63,063 nt of DNA, filler included, from Basidiobolus ranarum (GCA_040143965.1; 17 parts of 17 records of this genome joined end to end with filler, not necessarily neighbours in it); one strand, 5' to 3'. Positions 1 through 12,800 are shown, counted from the first letter of the whole stretch. Numbers and translations are program-made. The notes: a model not told the origin generated them from the sequence alone.

Positions 1-759
1 TTAGAAACAGCTTATAATAAACCAAAATTGCCATCCATTACCGGAAATATCTTGTAAATCCCCTGATGACTCATCTGTGACACCATCTCAGAATCAGCTG
101 ATGATATTGATAGGCTATACCTAAAATACCACCCTTATGTGGGAGGTGTTCTTTTTTCTACAATATCCTTCTCATGCCACAACACAAATATTTAAAGAAG
201 CCCTGCTATTATTGTCACAAATTCTTGAGCTATGAAAGCCAGAGGCCTCATATAGAAAATAATCACAAGCACAGTAACCATACAAAGCCACCAGCTGCAA
301 AAAGCCTTATGTATAACAACAGTAATAAGTGACCTAAATCAACTTATTTTTGCCCATTGAGTCCACTGACTGTAGTTTGCCTCAAGGTTTTGGTAACACT
401 GCCAAAAGTCATGATACCATGGAGTTACCACAGTTATATGACCACAATGATGTAGGTCAAAATGCAACTTTGGTCAAGCCAGTAAGTCCAGACAAATTTG
501 AGGACTTGCTGCTAGATGTTGGCCTTGGCTATTCCAGTACCAATAGTAGAATATCAGAAGTGGAACAAATAGTTGGTGGTTTTGTTATTGACTCCTTGTT
601 ATTAGCGAACAGTAGTCCACTTGTAACACCTACTGGAAAGGAAGCAGCTCTGATAATTGAGGAGTGGAGAATTCAATCCATATCTTAGCAATCAGACATT
701 TATTGGATTTCTTAAAAATTTACCACAGTTGATTATTTGATATTTGGCTTACATACTCC

Positions 760-1396
760 CTAGCAGAAATTTTAGGATTTTTATTGTAGGAAAACTGTCA
801 CAATTTTAATCCATTTGAGATTGACCATTTACTTACCATCATAAAATTGTCAAGTCAGATTTGATTTTAATCAATTTTTTCAGTTTCAGGAGTGAAATTC
901 CAAGATCTTGCAAAGTATTTGTATATGATTTGCTTCAATCTCAGTGGTCTCTTTGATATATTCTCCTGAATATTTTTATAGAGTTCTTTGTACCCAAGGT
1001 TTAGCTCATACCCAACACAAGATTGTATAAATATCTCCATCAAAGCCCACCATTGTATTAATGTTGCTGAATCAACCTTCTTCCTGCTATCTGATGGATA
1101 CCCTGCAATATTGTGCCACTCTATATAAAGTTCTTCCCATATATCTGCGCAGTTAACACCAGACCAAATGTCAGGTTGAATGTTCTTCTTCTGAAGCCAC
1201 CTTTGGTATATTTGTACTGCATTTTTCCCTTCATACTTTTGAAAATACTCCTCAAGCACTTTGACTATTATTGTATGTGTTTGCAATGTGACACTATTGA
1301 GGGTGCTTTGTAGTGTTTGTGTGGCTTTTTGCTTGCCTTTACCTTTGGGGCTAATTTCAACACTTTGAAAAGTACCAGTTGAGGTTGGAGAGCCAT
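760..1396 (-). repeat. Multicopy unknown ORF family (…IAGYP.D…VDSATLIQWWALMEI…), interrupted by a copia LTR
   Basis: Closely matches the two copies at 46745-48237. Similarity stops right after GGAGAGCCAT at 1396, where TGTTGAAG (LTR start) begins. Confidence 0.85.
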
Positions 1397-3625
1397 TGTT
1401 GAAGTCAATTGTCTTTATCATATTTGTTATCTCTATCTTTATATACCTAACTACTTCATATATCACCTATCAGTTAGTTAACATTACTTAGTCAAACATC
1501 ACTTAGCTGAAAATTGGAACATATCTTATATATATATGGGAATAATGAGAGAATTAGCAATTCCATATTGGAAATTTAAAACTGGTCCAAATTGCCCCAA
1601 AGATAGCTCATTTTACTCCCCCAGATGTTTTCAATGCAACCACAGTGTAAGTTTTCTGTATTTCCATCAGAATGTATAAATGCTTCATATCTGGACAACA
1701 AATAATTATCTCATGAAGCTATTTGCAACTTCACTTTTCTAAAGTTCCTCCAAACAGCTCCTATTTTTCCAATAGGTTATGAGCCCCATGTTCTAACCTT
1801 TACATCATGACAGATATCACTACTGCCACTTTTATTAACTCTAGTGTTGAAAACTTGATGGAGAAAATTACAATTTCTGTGAGTTCAAGATGCAAATCAT
1901 GCTGGATGACAGGGAGGTTTGGGAGGTAGCCTCTGGAGATAAAAAGTAACCTTCTGACCCTACTTTATTGGAGCTTACAAGAAAAGAGACAAGAGGGCCT
2001 TTGATATCATTTGTCAAAGTTTGAAGGATTCACAACTTGTGAATATTCAATATGAAAAGACTTCCCATCAAGCTTGGACTATATTGGAAGAGTGTTATGA
2101 AGCAAAGAGTCTGGCTAATAGACTCTTTCTCAGACAAAAATTCTTCAAAATAAAGATGGAAAAGTCCGAAAGCATGATTACTCATATTGCAAATGTACAA
2201 TCTTTAGCAAAACAACTGGAAAATATTAGTGCAACTTTACTGGGAGAAGATATCATTATGCCTCTTCTAAGTAGTATACCAGAACAGTATTCAAACTTGG
2301 TTGCAGCTTTGGAAGCAAGATCTGACAAGTAGTTGTTGGAGTTTGTGGTGGCAAGGCTAATGGATCAACACCTCAGAATCAATAATTTGGAAAAAGAATC
2401 TGAGGAAGTGGCTCTTTTTGGAGCTGGAAAATGGAGCTTTGGCAAGAACAAAGGTTACCAAAGAAGGAAACCAGATTTATGCAATGATTGTAACAAACCA
2501 GGACACCAGTTAAAAGATTGCAAATCATGAAATTACAATGAAAATGAGAAGTCGGAACAAGCAAATCAGGTTTCAACCAAAGAGGAAGTTGTAGTTGTTT
2601 CTGCCCTATCAGTGACCTCTGGACAAGCCTGTAGGTTGAGGTATATTGATTCTGGAGCCTCTCAACATTTCTCTAATCAAAAAAACTGGTTTAAGACACT
2701 CAAAATTGACATCAACAAAAAGGTTTATATGGGTGATGACTGGCCACTAGGAGCTCTGGGATTGGGGGAAATTGAAGCGGATCTTGGGGGCATCTCTGGG
2801 GACATGTATTTGAGACTGAAAAATGTGCTCTATGTGTCGGCAATAGCAAAAAATTTGTTATCAGTGAGTAAAGCTACATCTGAGGGATATACCTTTAATT
2901 TTAATCAAGATGGCTGTACAATCTGGGATTGAAAAGGGAGTTACATAGCTTCTGGTACTAAGCAAAATACCTTGTATAAGCTTGATTATATTAGGCCAAT
3001 ATATGCGCAAGTTAATACAGCCACAGCTGAAGAGATAAACAGGTAAATCTGGCATCGGGGATTGGGTTATCTGGGAGCAAAAAATATGAGAAATGTAATT
3101 AAAAACAAGATTGTTTTGGGATATATTTTGGAATTCCACCACATTTGGAGCTATTAGAAGATTGCCTATATGGTAGGCAATGCAGTCAGTCATTTGTGGG
3201 CTCTGGAATGGGCAAAATTGGACATACATTGGGCCTGATACACTCAGATCTGTGTGGCCCAATGAAGACAAAATCCTTAGATGAAAAAAGGTACTTTATG
3301 ACCTTTATTGATGATAAGAAAAAGTATACATGAGTGAACTTTCTAGCCAGTAGGGATGAAGCCTTTAATACCCTCAAGAAATTCAAAGCAATGGTGAAGA
3401 CTGAAACAGGTCTAAAGATTAAGATTATCCATACTGATAATAGAGAGCAAATACCTCAAAACCTTTCTCTAACTTCTGCTCAACACATGTGATAAAACAG
3501 CAGTCTACAGTGCCATTTTCCTCACACGAGAATGGAGTAGCAGAATGTGATAACAGATCAATAATTTAAAATCAAGATCATTGCTTGATGATCTAGATTT
3601 AACAAAACCGTTCTGGGCGTAATTG
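1397..3625 (+). mobile_element. Decayed Ty1/copia LTR retrotransposon, 5' half (LTR, PBS, gag, protease, integrase)
   Basis: LTR 1397-1774 (TGTTGAAG…TTCCAATA), PBS GGTTATGAGCCC at 1775, gag SLANRLFLRQKFFKIKM, zinc knuckle CNDCNKPGHQLKDC, protease IDSGASQH, integrase LIHSDLCGPM; several stops and frameshifts. Confidence 0.95.
1775..1787 (+). promoter_or_regulatory. Primer-binding site of the half-tRNAiMet (Ty5/copia, hemivirus) type
   Basis: GGTTATGAGCCCC directly after the LTR end. It is complementary to the tRNAiMet anticodon arm rather than the 3' CCA end. A second copy lies at 49374-49386 (-). Confidence 0.85.
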
Positions 3626-3725
3626 NNNNNNNNNNNNNNNNNNNNNNNNNNNNNNNNNNNNNNNNNNNNTTAATTAATTAANNNNNNNNNNNNNNNNNNN
3701 NNNNNNNNNNNNNNNNNNNNNNNNN
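3626..3725. other. Artificial contig linker N44-TTAATTAATTAA-N44 (first of 16)
   Basis: Identical 100-bp linker starts at 3626, 7350, 11073, 14795, 18516, 22236, 25953, 29670, 33386, 37101, 40814, 44527, 48238, 51947, 55655 and 59360. Intervening segments never increase in length (3625 to 3604 bp). The 12-mer puts stops in all six frames. Confidence 0.99.
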
Positions 3726-3797
3726 CTGAATAAATTGTCTTCCCAGTAATGAACATAGCATCAGGTTTTGGACTAGATTGGGTGTTCATCATAACAA

Positions 3798-5967
3798 TCA
3801 CTTGTCAAGCTTTTGGAGCGCATTTGAACAAGGGCCGAGGTCTATCCAAACATCTTCACCATTATTGCCAGGGATATTATTTTGACTCCACCACTTGGCC
3901 TGCCAAAGGTGTTCATTATAGACTACCTTCTGAGGACCAGTATAGACGGTAGAAGAATTCCAAGCGGATATACCAGTACATGTTGTATATGAAGGTACAT
4001 TAGGGGTGACTGATGTAGTTGTTGGGGGTGAAGTGGGTAGTGATGAAGCGATGGGGTTGATACTGGAAACTGACGATGATTCAGTGGGAGTGCTTGGTGT
4101 CGAGGAGAGAATGGCTGTACTTGGGATAGTTGTAGCAATGTCACCTGAACATCCACTGATGGCATTCCAATAACCTGAACCAGCAGCTGGTGCTTGCCCT
4201 TGTACCCACCATAAAGATTTCCAGATATATCCCTCATATGCAACAGTGGAGCCACCAGGGTATGATCCAGATGCATCCCAAGCTGGTACAGAGTTACAAG
4301 AGGGAAGTTTCGGTTCGACATTACAGCCACCGTTATTCTTTAGAAACTTGATGTCGGCAAATAAAAATATAATTAAAATCAAAGGTTTTCATAAAATTCC
4401 TTGCAATTTTGTTACCTGCTTGGTTCCTTGTCCGTAGTTCATACCTCCAACTTGATTATTCCACGCTTGAGAAACATCCCAAAACATTATACCACCAAAA
4501 CTACTGAAGTTTCCTCGTGTTTCTTCAGCAATGATTTGCAATTGTGAAAGTGGAACGTAACTACCAAATGCCAATAAGATTAGATAACTGCTTGAAATTA
4601 TGGTTAATGTACACATACCCTGAACCAGCAGCACTGGGTGCAGCAGGAGCACCAATAAAAACTTTGACTTGTGGATTTGGAGAGATGTGAGTGGCCCAAT
4701 AGTCCCAAACACCGTAATTCCAAGCTTGATAGTTATCATAGTATTGCAAGCCGCCTAGTAAAGAAACAGTTTAGCCAGTCAGTTAGCATAGTAGCTAATC
4801 ACCAAATATGCACATACAAGGGTTGTTGTAGAACTGGACAAAGACGAGGTCAAACCATGCATTGTTCAACGTGCTGCTGAGTTGGCCATCTAAGGAACAT
4901 AACATTCAATCATTAATTATTGTTGGTGTATCTATAGAGCTAGTTAATATGTATATCCTACCGGGATAAACACATTGGGGTGCACCAGTAATCAAGTACT
5001 TCTTACTTTTATCTTGAGCATAGTAAGAGCGAAGTTGATTGATAAATGCAACGTATCCGGTGGGACCACCTCCCTCAATATCTAGATCGACACCATCTAG
5101 GACGGTATCACCGAATGGCCTTGTATCTGATTTACCACCAAGGAATAAATTCCTAAAAATATTTTACGTTATTTACCAAGATTATACAACAGACCAAGAA
5201 GTCCAAACAAACCATATTTGCGTAGCAAATTCCTGGGCTTGAGTATCATTCTGGAATCCGTAAGAACCGCCGGCACCGCCAAGTGACAGAATAATGGATT
5301 TTCCTCGAGACTGACAGAATTTGATATCATTACTCACAATAGGACAGTTGAGTAAACCGGTGCTAGGAAAGGTGGCATTATCTTTCAGATTGCATGTCTA
5401 TCAATGAGATTTGTGAGACTACAAGCATATCCATAAAATATTTGAATACGAGTAACTGACATTGGCTAAATTTAGAGCCGGGAGTCCACCTTGTCCAAAG
5501 AATGTGTTCAAAAAGGCTGCAAATTCAGAAGTTAGTGTGGGGCGTAGCTGAAAATACACTCAATGGTTGTTACCCAGTGGGATCACATCCAAAGTATCAT
5601 CTTGACAATAGTATGCGAGATCTCGTTGCCAGCCAGTGGAATTACCCCCGCCACCTCCGTAGCTATTCTGACCCCTGTGAAAAAGTTAGACTCCCCAAAA
5701 TTCAAAAGCGACGGAGCTACAAATTACCAATCTAGAAAGACAGCGAGTTTAGAAAGAGAAAAGTAAAGAATTGCTTGATATCAATAAATACTAACATGCT
5801 ACGAGATTGTCATTGCAGTTAGGCTATGTTGGGCATGGTCAGACAGGTTAGTATTCATCCTTACTTATTCAGATCCTTCACTCTTTACTTACATCGAAGG
5901 CTGTAGAGAATGTGACGTTTATGGAGGTTACCACGAATGCCAATAGTATTTTGATAGCGAACATCAT
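3798..5967 (-). CDS. Secreted GH18 class III (CTS1-like) chitinase with two C-terminal CBM5/12 (ChtBD3) modules and a Ser/Thr/Pro linker; about 11 exons
   Basis: Spliced translation gives signal peptide [14 protein letters not shown]…, YWGQNS, SLGGA, catalytic [27 protein letters not shown], then two AW…Y…V.Y….W…WW modules. Confidence 0.95.
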
Positions 5968-6419
5968 ATTGCGAACACGCAGGATAAATTACGTACTGAG
6001 AGACTACTTTCCAAACTGAACCGTTAGCAAGCAGGTTTAAGTACTTTTCAGAATATGTTCTGTGGTTTATTAAAATCGAAAAATAAGCACTTTGGCCGGT
6101 CGACCTTGGATGATAATTACTTTCATCTAAAATTTGTATGCACCTTGACCTTGAATTTAATAACACTTGTCATGCTATTGAGTCGAATTTAATTATACTT
6201 CATCGAATTTCGATCGACGGCGACTATTTTGGAAGGAATCTTAATTCATCTGATCATCTAAAGTAAATCTGTTGGTGAGCTTCTATTTGACAATCTATTG
6301 TCACTTGGTGGCATATTGAATGAAAATGGCTCAGTTAATAATACATGGAGACCAGACATGCTATTTTGCGCACCAACCTGAGTAGTTGGCGAAAATGTGC
6401 TATTTTTACTTCGGATTAA

Positions 6420-6708
6420 GGTAAATTAATTATTTCATCATGCAGGCAAAAATTAATAGGAAAATTAAAGTTATATTTAGACCTAATCAATCTGCAAAGA
6501 CGTTCTGGTCTTTCCTCATTTGAGCGCAAGTTAAAAAGAATATGTCTAAAGTTCAGAGTAGCAGCCAGGTCACGATTCCAAAGACGAAAGGTAGAATCTT
6601 CAGTAGTTACCTCAGTAGTATTGGTCACGACTATTAAACACGGTTGGTTTTTGCACCCGAGCAGAAATTAGGTTTGAATTTTTTACTTGCATATAAAAAG
6701 CGTTTACC
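6420..6708 (-). mobile_element. Non-autonomous TIR mini-element carrying the 3' end of a Fanzor/TnpB-like nuclease
   Basis: Ends GGTAAA…TTTACC are flanked by TTAA on both sides (6416-6419, 6709-6712), with further imperfect inverted repeats inside. Frame 6667-6416 reads LLGCKNQPCL…RLWNRDLAATLNFRHILFNLR…ERPERLCR (half zinc finger plus RuvC-III-like NRD motif). Confidence 0.75.
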
Positions 6709-7449
6709 TTAAAAGGCCACAATAGGATACTTTTCTCTTTTGTATAGTCTAGGATTTTGGATTATTATTTGTAATTGTTCGAATTACCTTAGTAGCGTCA
6801 ACTTGAATTGTAATATTGGATCGAATCAGCTTGGGTGTGAGGTAACGCTTGTTGGATTGAATGAGTTTTCACCACCATGCTGCTCAGCATATATTGATGC
6901 AGTGTACTCTCCCTCAACTTCAGGTCCCTGATACCTGCTAGCCTGGAAGATGTTCATATTGTTATGTCTAAGAGTATTAGGAGTGAGTACTTATCTCAGT
7001 TTTGGGACACTAGCTACTAGTTCTACTCTTGGTTGAATCTCTGGTTCACAAGGATATCTTTGTTGAGTACAAGGTATACCCCCTTGATTTCGACTTAATT
7101 TGCTGAGTATCTTAGCTATCGTGTTGCAACATGTCTTTCCAAGTCTAGATCTTGCAAAGAGTGCCACACCAAGTGCACACCGATTTTAGGATATCCCCAG
7201 GCTTCCAAGATGCTAATAAATCGATTTTCTTCTATGTCAAGTACTACTGCTATGCGTTGACTCTCTATATCTTGACAGATGGCCATACAATGTTCAAGCA
7301 TGGCTAGGCCCATTTTCAAAGATTTGGATATATTAAAGCTTGCTCTTCGNNNNNNNNNNNNNNNNNNNNNNNNNNNNNNNNNNNNNNNNNNNNTTAATTA
7401 ATTAANNNNNNNNNNNNNNNNNNNNNNNNNNNNNNNNNNNNNNNNNNNN

Positions 7450-7778
7450 CAGCGATCTCTGATACGAACAACAACAGATCCCTTAGGCCCTTGTACCTTG
7501 ACACACTTTCCACACATTGACGCCTGATCAGTGTCTTGGCCAGAACCTTGGCCGAATTGGAAGCGACTAAGAGCTGCAATCATATCGCTCTCGCTGGAGC
7601 TATCCCCTTGCTTCGAGCAAGCATCCTGATCAGGAGTGAAGAAGGTACCATCCCCACTGTAGTCGCGCTTGCTCATGAGAGCTTTGTCATGGACACCAGC
7701 ATAACCTGCGAACTGAGCACCAAGCACAGCTTGGACCGAGAAAAGGCAAAGAGAAAGAGTGGTGATTGATTTGAACAT
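7450..7778 (-). CDS. Secreted RlpA-like double-psi beta-barrel (expansin/loosenin-like) protein, 3' truncated
   Basis: Signal peptide, KR site, SGDGTFF…AC, MIAALS, MCGKCVKVQGPKGSVVVRIRDR. Confidence 0.9.
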
Positions 7779-7818
7779 GGTATGCGGTGTGATGTGGTGA
7801 TTGTAGTAGATGCAAATA

Positions 7819-8354
7819 TCCTGTTTGCTGTACTTTAATCCTCAGTTCCGTAGCTTGACTTTATAGTCATTTGCACCGCTCTGGCCCCAGTCCTCCGAGT
7901 ATCTTAGGCTCCACATTCCGTTTTCGTCACAAATATTGATTCTTACTATATATATCCAGCTTCACTTCGTTCCTTCTTTCTTTGGCCATAAGTATATACA
8001 ATATAGATGCCACTACCATATATAGTCTACTCATAACATCGCTGAAAAATGGCTCTAACATCTCTTCATTGGTATTCATCCAAATATGGTAGCAGGCGAA
8101 ATCTCTTGCTGTGAACCGTCGCTCAGTTAGCATTCCCATCATCAATATCTTTATTTCGCTTGCACAAACTTCTTTGTACTCAACCCCAACGAATTTAGAA
8201 TGGATAGCAAGCTCTCGAATCACTGAATACTCATCAATACTCCGATTATCTAGTTATGTTATGAATCATGGACGTCACCACAATCACTAGCACTAGAACC
8301 ACCGCCAATCGAACCATTTGTAATAGCCGATTCTATTTGGACATGGAAAATCTT
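7819..8354. repeat. Upstream region of the DPBB gene, duplicated in inverted orientation at 10558-11072
   Basis: For example CATTCCGTTTTCGTCACAAATATTGATTCTTACTATATA is the reverse complement of sequence near 10935-10973; colinear similarity runs over about 500 bp. Confidence 0.9.
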
Positions 8355-9546
8355 TCTGTGTTGTACCTTCTATACCTGTAACGGTATCACAGCATTCGTC
8401 TATCTGCACGTTATCGACTTTGAACTCTCCAATGGTGCCTCAGCAAATTGATCATGTGCCAAACTACTTTACTCTATCGCTTAGCTTCTCGTGCTAAATT
8501 TCGGACATCATCCTTCTTGGTTAATAGCGGTGTGCTTAGAATCTATTTGTCATCCTCAAAGAGTGAGTTAACTAAGATATTTACTGGCTCTGTTTAAAGC
8601 AAACACTTAGGGCATCATCCTTCTCGATTAATAGAGGTGTGTTTAGGATCAATTTTCTTAACCCAACGAGTGAATTAACTATGATATTTACTCTGTCCTC
8701 AGCCTGTTTGTTTGAGGCAAACACATGATGATATGTGACTTTCACCAGATTGTGACGATTTGTTATCGCCCCAGTTTGCAATATGGATACTGAAATGGTA
8801 ATGGGGATGGCAAACCAGACTGCCTATACCTCAAAGGACATTCATATTCAACATTTCTACAATTTGAGTAGTGACCTGGGCATTTTTGAATAAAATAGCA
8901 ATTAAGAGAATAATACCGGTTTCATAGCCAATATTCGTTCAAGTCATTTTATTGGGTGACTTGATTTTTCTGATCAGCGAGAGAATGCTACTTTCAAATA
9001 CGGCCGCAAGTATGCCTATTTAGGAAATTTTTGTCGTTAATGCTTGTTCAGTGAATTTCCTATTTCAACTCTAATGATGATTCATACAAATGTACTTCAT
9101 GCTCTTCACGATTAATTGGTTAAGCATCTTTTCTTAAGTTACCGAATTTTATCCCAATTTCTGGAATGATTATTTAGATTCATGATAAATCCTGATCCGT
9201 TCAGTTAAATAGATCCGGATTGCTTCCTCTGTATTTTATTGAATGTTTCCTCGTTCAATACGGTAACGTAGATACAAAAACTTGATGATCATTGCAGTGA
9301 AGAGTAGAGTGACAATCAACAATATCCATTATGTGAATCTTGCGATTGATGTGATTTTTATCACTAGAGTAAATGTTGCTTGATTCAATCTCGGTTTTTA
9401 TTTGGAATGCAATAATAATAATTATACGAAGGTACACATAATGTATAAGTCAACGATCAAATGCAACATTAGCATAAAAAATGTCCACGTTCCGGTCGCT
9501 TAAAGACATCTTCACAGGATTCCAGTCACTCTCTGCCTAACCGACT

Positions 9547-9859
9547 ATGATACTCAAGTCAAGCATTACTCTCTCCCTCAGGTTTTTCCCTGCTCAAGCT
9601 GCGCTTGGTGCGTAATTTGCAAGGTATGATTGCTGCCCTCAGTAAATATCAATTTGGTCAAGATACTGAGGAAACAGCTATGTGTGCCAAGTGCGTGAAA
9701 GCAACAGGTCCCAAAGGCTCAGTTGTTGTTCGCGGCCATGATTTATGGGACTCCGGTCATAGTGGAGATATCGATCTGACGCTCAGAGCATTAAAAAATA
9801 TTCCAAACTTGAGGAGGGTAGAATGAAGGTTGCTTGGAAGCAAGTCAGTAGTTGGATAA
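9547..9859 (+). pseudogene. DPBB/expansin-like paralog pseudogene
   Basis: Similar signal peptide followed by an in-frame TAA, an internal deletion of the GDGTFF/AC region, then MIAALSKYQFGQD…MCAKCVKATGPKGSVVVR…GDIDLT. Confidence 0.85.
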
Positions 9860-12800
9860 ACATATATGGAATGTATGAATGACATTCCAGAACAATTTGA
9901 TTGGATTTTTCAATAAGTTCAGTTTTTGATCAATTAAATGGATTACGACTTAATTTCTCAATCCCTTGATCCATTGGTTAATAGAAGATCGAATTTTCCA
10001 TGAATAGCGATTGAATGCAAATCAATCACATTAATCGCTTTGGTGTTCTAATCACCATATTTAGATTCAATAAGCAATTAAATAGTCTTTATCTAAACCT
10101 CTGTTGATGCGTGAAAACGGTTGTTACGTTATACAGATTCGGTTATTTTATCGTGACACTTCTTACACAGTTCCCGGTCTTCTCTTAATCATTACAATAT
10201 TCAGTTATGTCCTGGTTACTACTCAAATTGTACAAATCTTGAATACCAAAGACCTTTCAGGTATAAGCAGTCTGATTCATCATCACGCTTACCATTTATG
10301 TTGCTGGTCATGCTGGAGCGATATCAAATCGTTGAAATCTACTGAAGAACTGATTCATAGCAAGCACAGTATATCATCCTATATTTCCCACATTCAGAAC
10401 AGCAAAGGCCAGAATCAACGCTATTACATTTCTTTTATACAGAGTGGGATGAGTGGAAAGACTAACAGGTCAATTCCTTTGATTCTAAGATATGGCTATC
10501 GTGTATTGTAGAGGTGTATGATAGTCAAGATCTCACGTAATCTAGGCCCGATAAAGTAAGATTATTCATATCTAAATAGAATAAGCTATTACAAATGGTT
10601 TGGTTGGCGGTGATTCTACGGTTAGTGATAGTTGTATTGTCCGTGATTCGCAATATAACCTGACAACTATATGATCGGAGTAATAATGAGTCCCCAATGA
10701 TTCGAGAGCATGCTATCCATTCCAAATTTGTTGGGGTTGAGTACAAAGCGGCTTGTGCAAGTGAGACAAAGATATCAATGATGAGAGTGTTACCTAAGCA
10801 ACGGTTCGCAGAAATACACATCTCCTGAATATTCATTCTTCAGCGATGTGAGGAGTAGTCTATATATGGTAGTGGTATCTGGATTGGATATATTCATGGC
10901 CTAAGAAAAGAGGAATAGAAGTGAAGCTGGATCTATATAGTAAGAATCAATATTTGTGACGAAAACGGAATGTGGGTTTCGTGGAATCTAAAATGCTCAG
11001 GGAACTGAGAGTGTGTGCAAATTGCTATAAAATTAAGCTACGGAACTGAAGATTAGAGTACAGCAAACAGGANNNNNNNNNNNNNNNNNNNNNNNNNNNN
11101 NNNNNNNNNNNNNNNNTTAATTAATTAANNNNNNNNNNNNNNNNNNNNNNNNNNNNNNNNNNNNNNNNNNNNACAGCCTCTTGGTTTTGAGATGACAGAG
11201 CCTGATTTTTGGCAATATTGCTGTAAGCTCAACAAGCTGTTAAATCACTATACATACGTCATTCGGCACTGATACATTCCATGCTAAAGAATGAGATCCA
11301 CAGCACCAACTACGCTCTTATATGTCAAACTATATGCAGAGAACGGCGTTCAGTTTGACCAACTTTGTACCCATATATCTATCGCAAAAGAAACCCTTAG
11401 AGTAACAAAGAGCCAAGTATTCAAAACAAAATATCTGCGTTATCCGTTATGTAAACAGACAATTCAGAAACTTGAAGTAGTATTTTTATTCAAACTGGAC
11501 GCATATTTATCTTTTCAGTACAAATTTTTTCCCGCAATATTACAGTGAAAGGCATATTGGCAATAATGGTGATATATTGCAGATCCTTAGAATCGCGCAA
11601 TAGGCATTTCTGCTACTACAAGTGAACGCATGGTCCCCTTAGTAACTACAATTCATAAAGAATTATATATTTAGAATTGCGGTTTTTCACCTCTGCGGCA
11701 ATATTAAAATATTTCAGTTGCATTGGAATGTAGATTTGTTTCCAGCGTATGTTTTTGTATGCGAGCAGCTTGGTCATAAAAATCCACTTGTCTCTTTAGT
11801 ACTTGATTATGGTCCAGAATTAATAGACATAAGTTTTGAAATCATTTGAGCTTTCCTTCGATATCGCTAATTTATGCCTCAACAAGTATGACTTTAACAA
11901 CTAGCACCATCCTGAAAGAATTTTAGTGGATAGTAATGATAATAGGGAGACATTTGAGTAGACTGCTGGGAAATTTCAACATAGAACAGATCTGCCTACG
12001 GTCCGCCCCTAAGTATGGCGAAACTGAATAACATCATTTTATGGTAGAGTCGAAAACTACTCTCTATATCTAACGAATTGCCAAACACTTTAAGCTACGA
12101 TGAGTACTTCTCTATCGAAACTATTGAGTAACCGCTGCTTGACACTAGATGAAGCTCAGTTGACCAGTAAGTGGAAGTGGTAAGATACCTAGACTCTCAT
12201 TTAAGTCTGATAAGCACATTATGGTATTGCATCGTGAAGAATATAGCCATCACTTTGCTAAAACATATCTAACCCAAGCCCTTGTGGCCATAATCTAGAT
12301 CCAAACCTATCAAATGTCTCACCGTGCAATTCTGGTTAACATCTTGAGTATTTGAATTCAATTACAAATGTGACTTATAGAAACGATTGGTACCAACATT
12401 GAAAAATAGAACAGGATAATATAGCATCATACCAATATTATTACATTGCACGTAGGCAGATACACTTTATTGGCTATGAAACAACAGATGTTTTCATCGC
12501 TCTACAGAAGAAATAAGCTACACTTCAAAATACTCTTCACGGCAAATATACAGGACTCCAGTAAAAGGTCTAGAAGCCATAACAGTCATGGCTGAATCTT
12601 TATCAAACGAGCACTGCAGAAGTGATTTTTTTTCAAGAATTGCTGTTAGTACATCCTCAAAACTTGCTTGCTACCTCGACTATGTATAATAACATAGTTG
12701 GCATCATTAATGTATGACGACATGAATGATTAATATGAGTGTTACCGCATCACTATTCTCAATACTTTAAGTGAGATAGACTAGTATGGACCACCATCTA

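Noticed and set aside
3670-3681. Regularly spaced TTAATTAATTAA palindrome as a biological repeat or CRISPR-like array
   Set aside because: It is always centred in 88 Ns between size-sorted contigs, so it is an assembly linker.
7394-7579. ORFs ending in XXXX…LIN (also 29714, 55699 and others)
   Set aside because: They run into the linker; the termini are artefacts.
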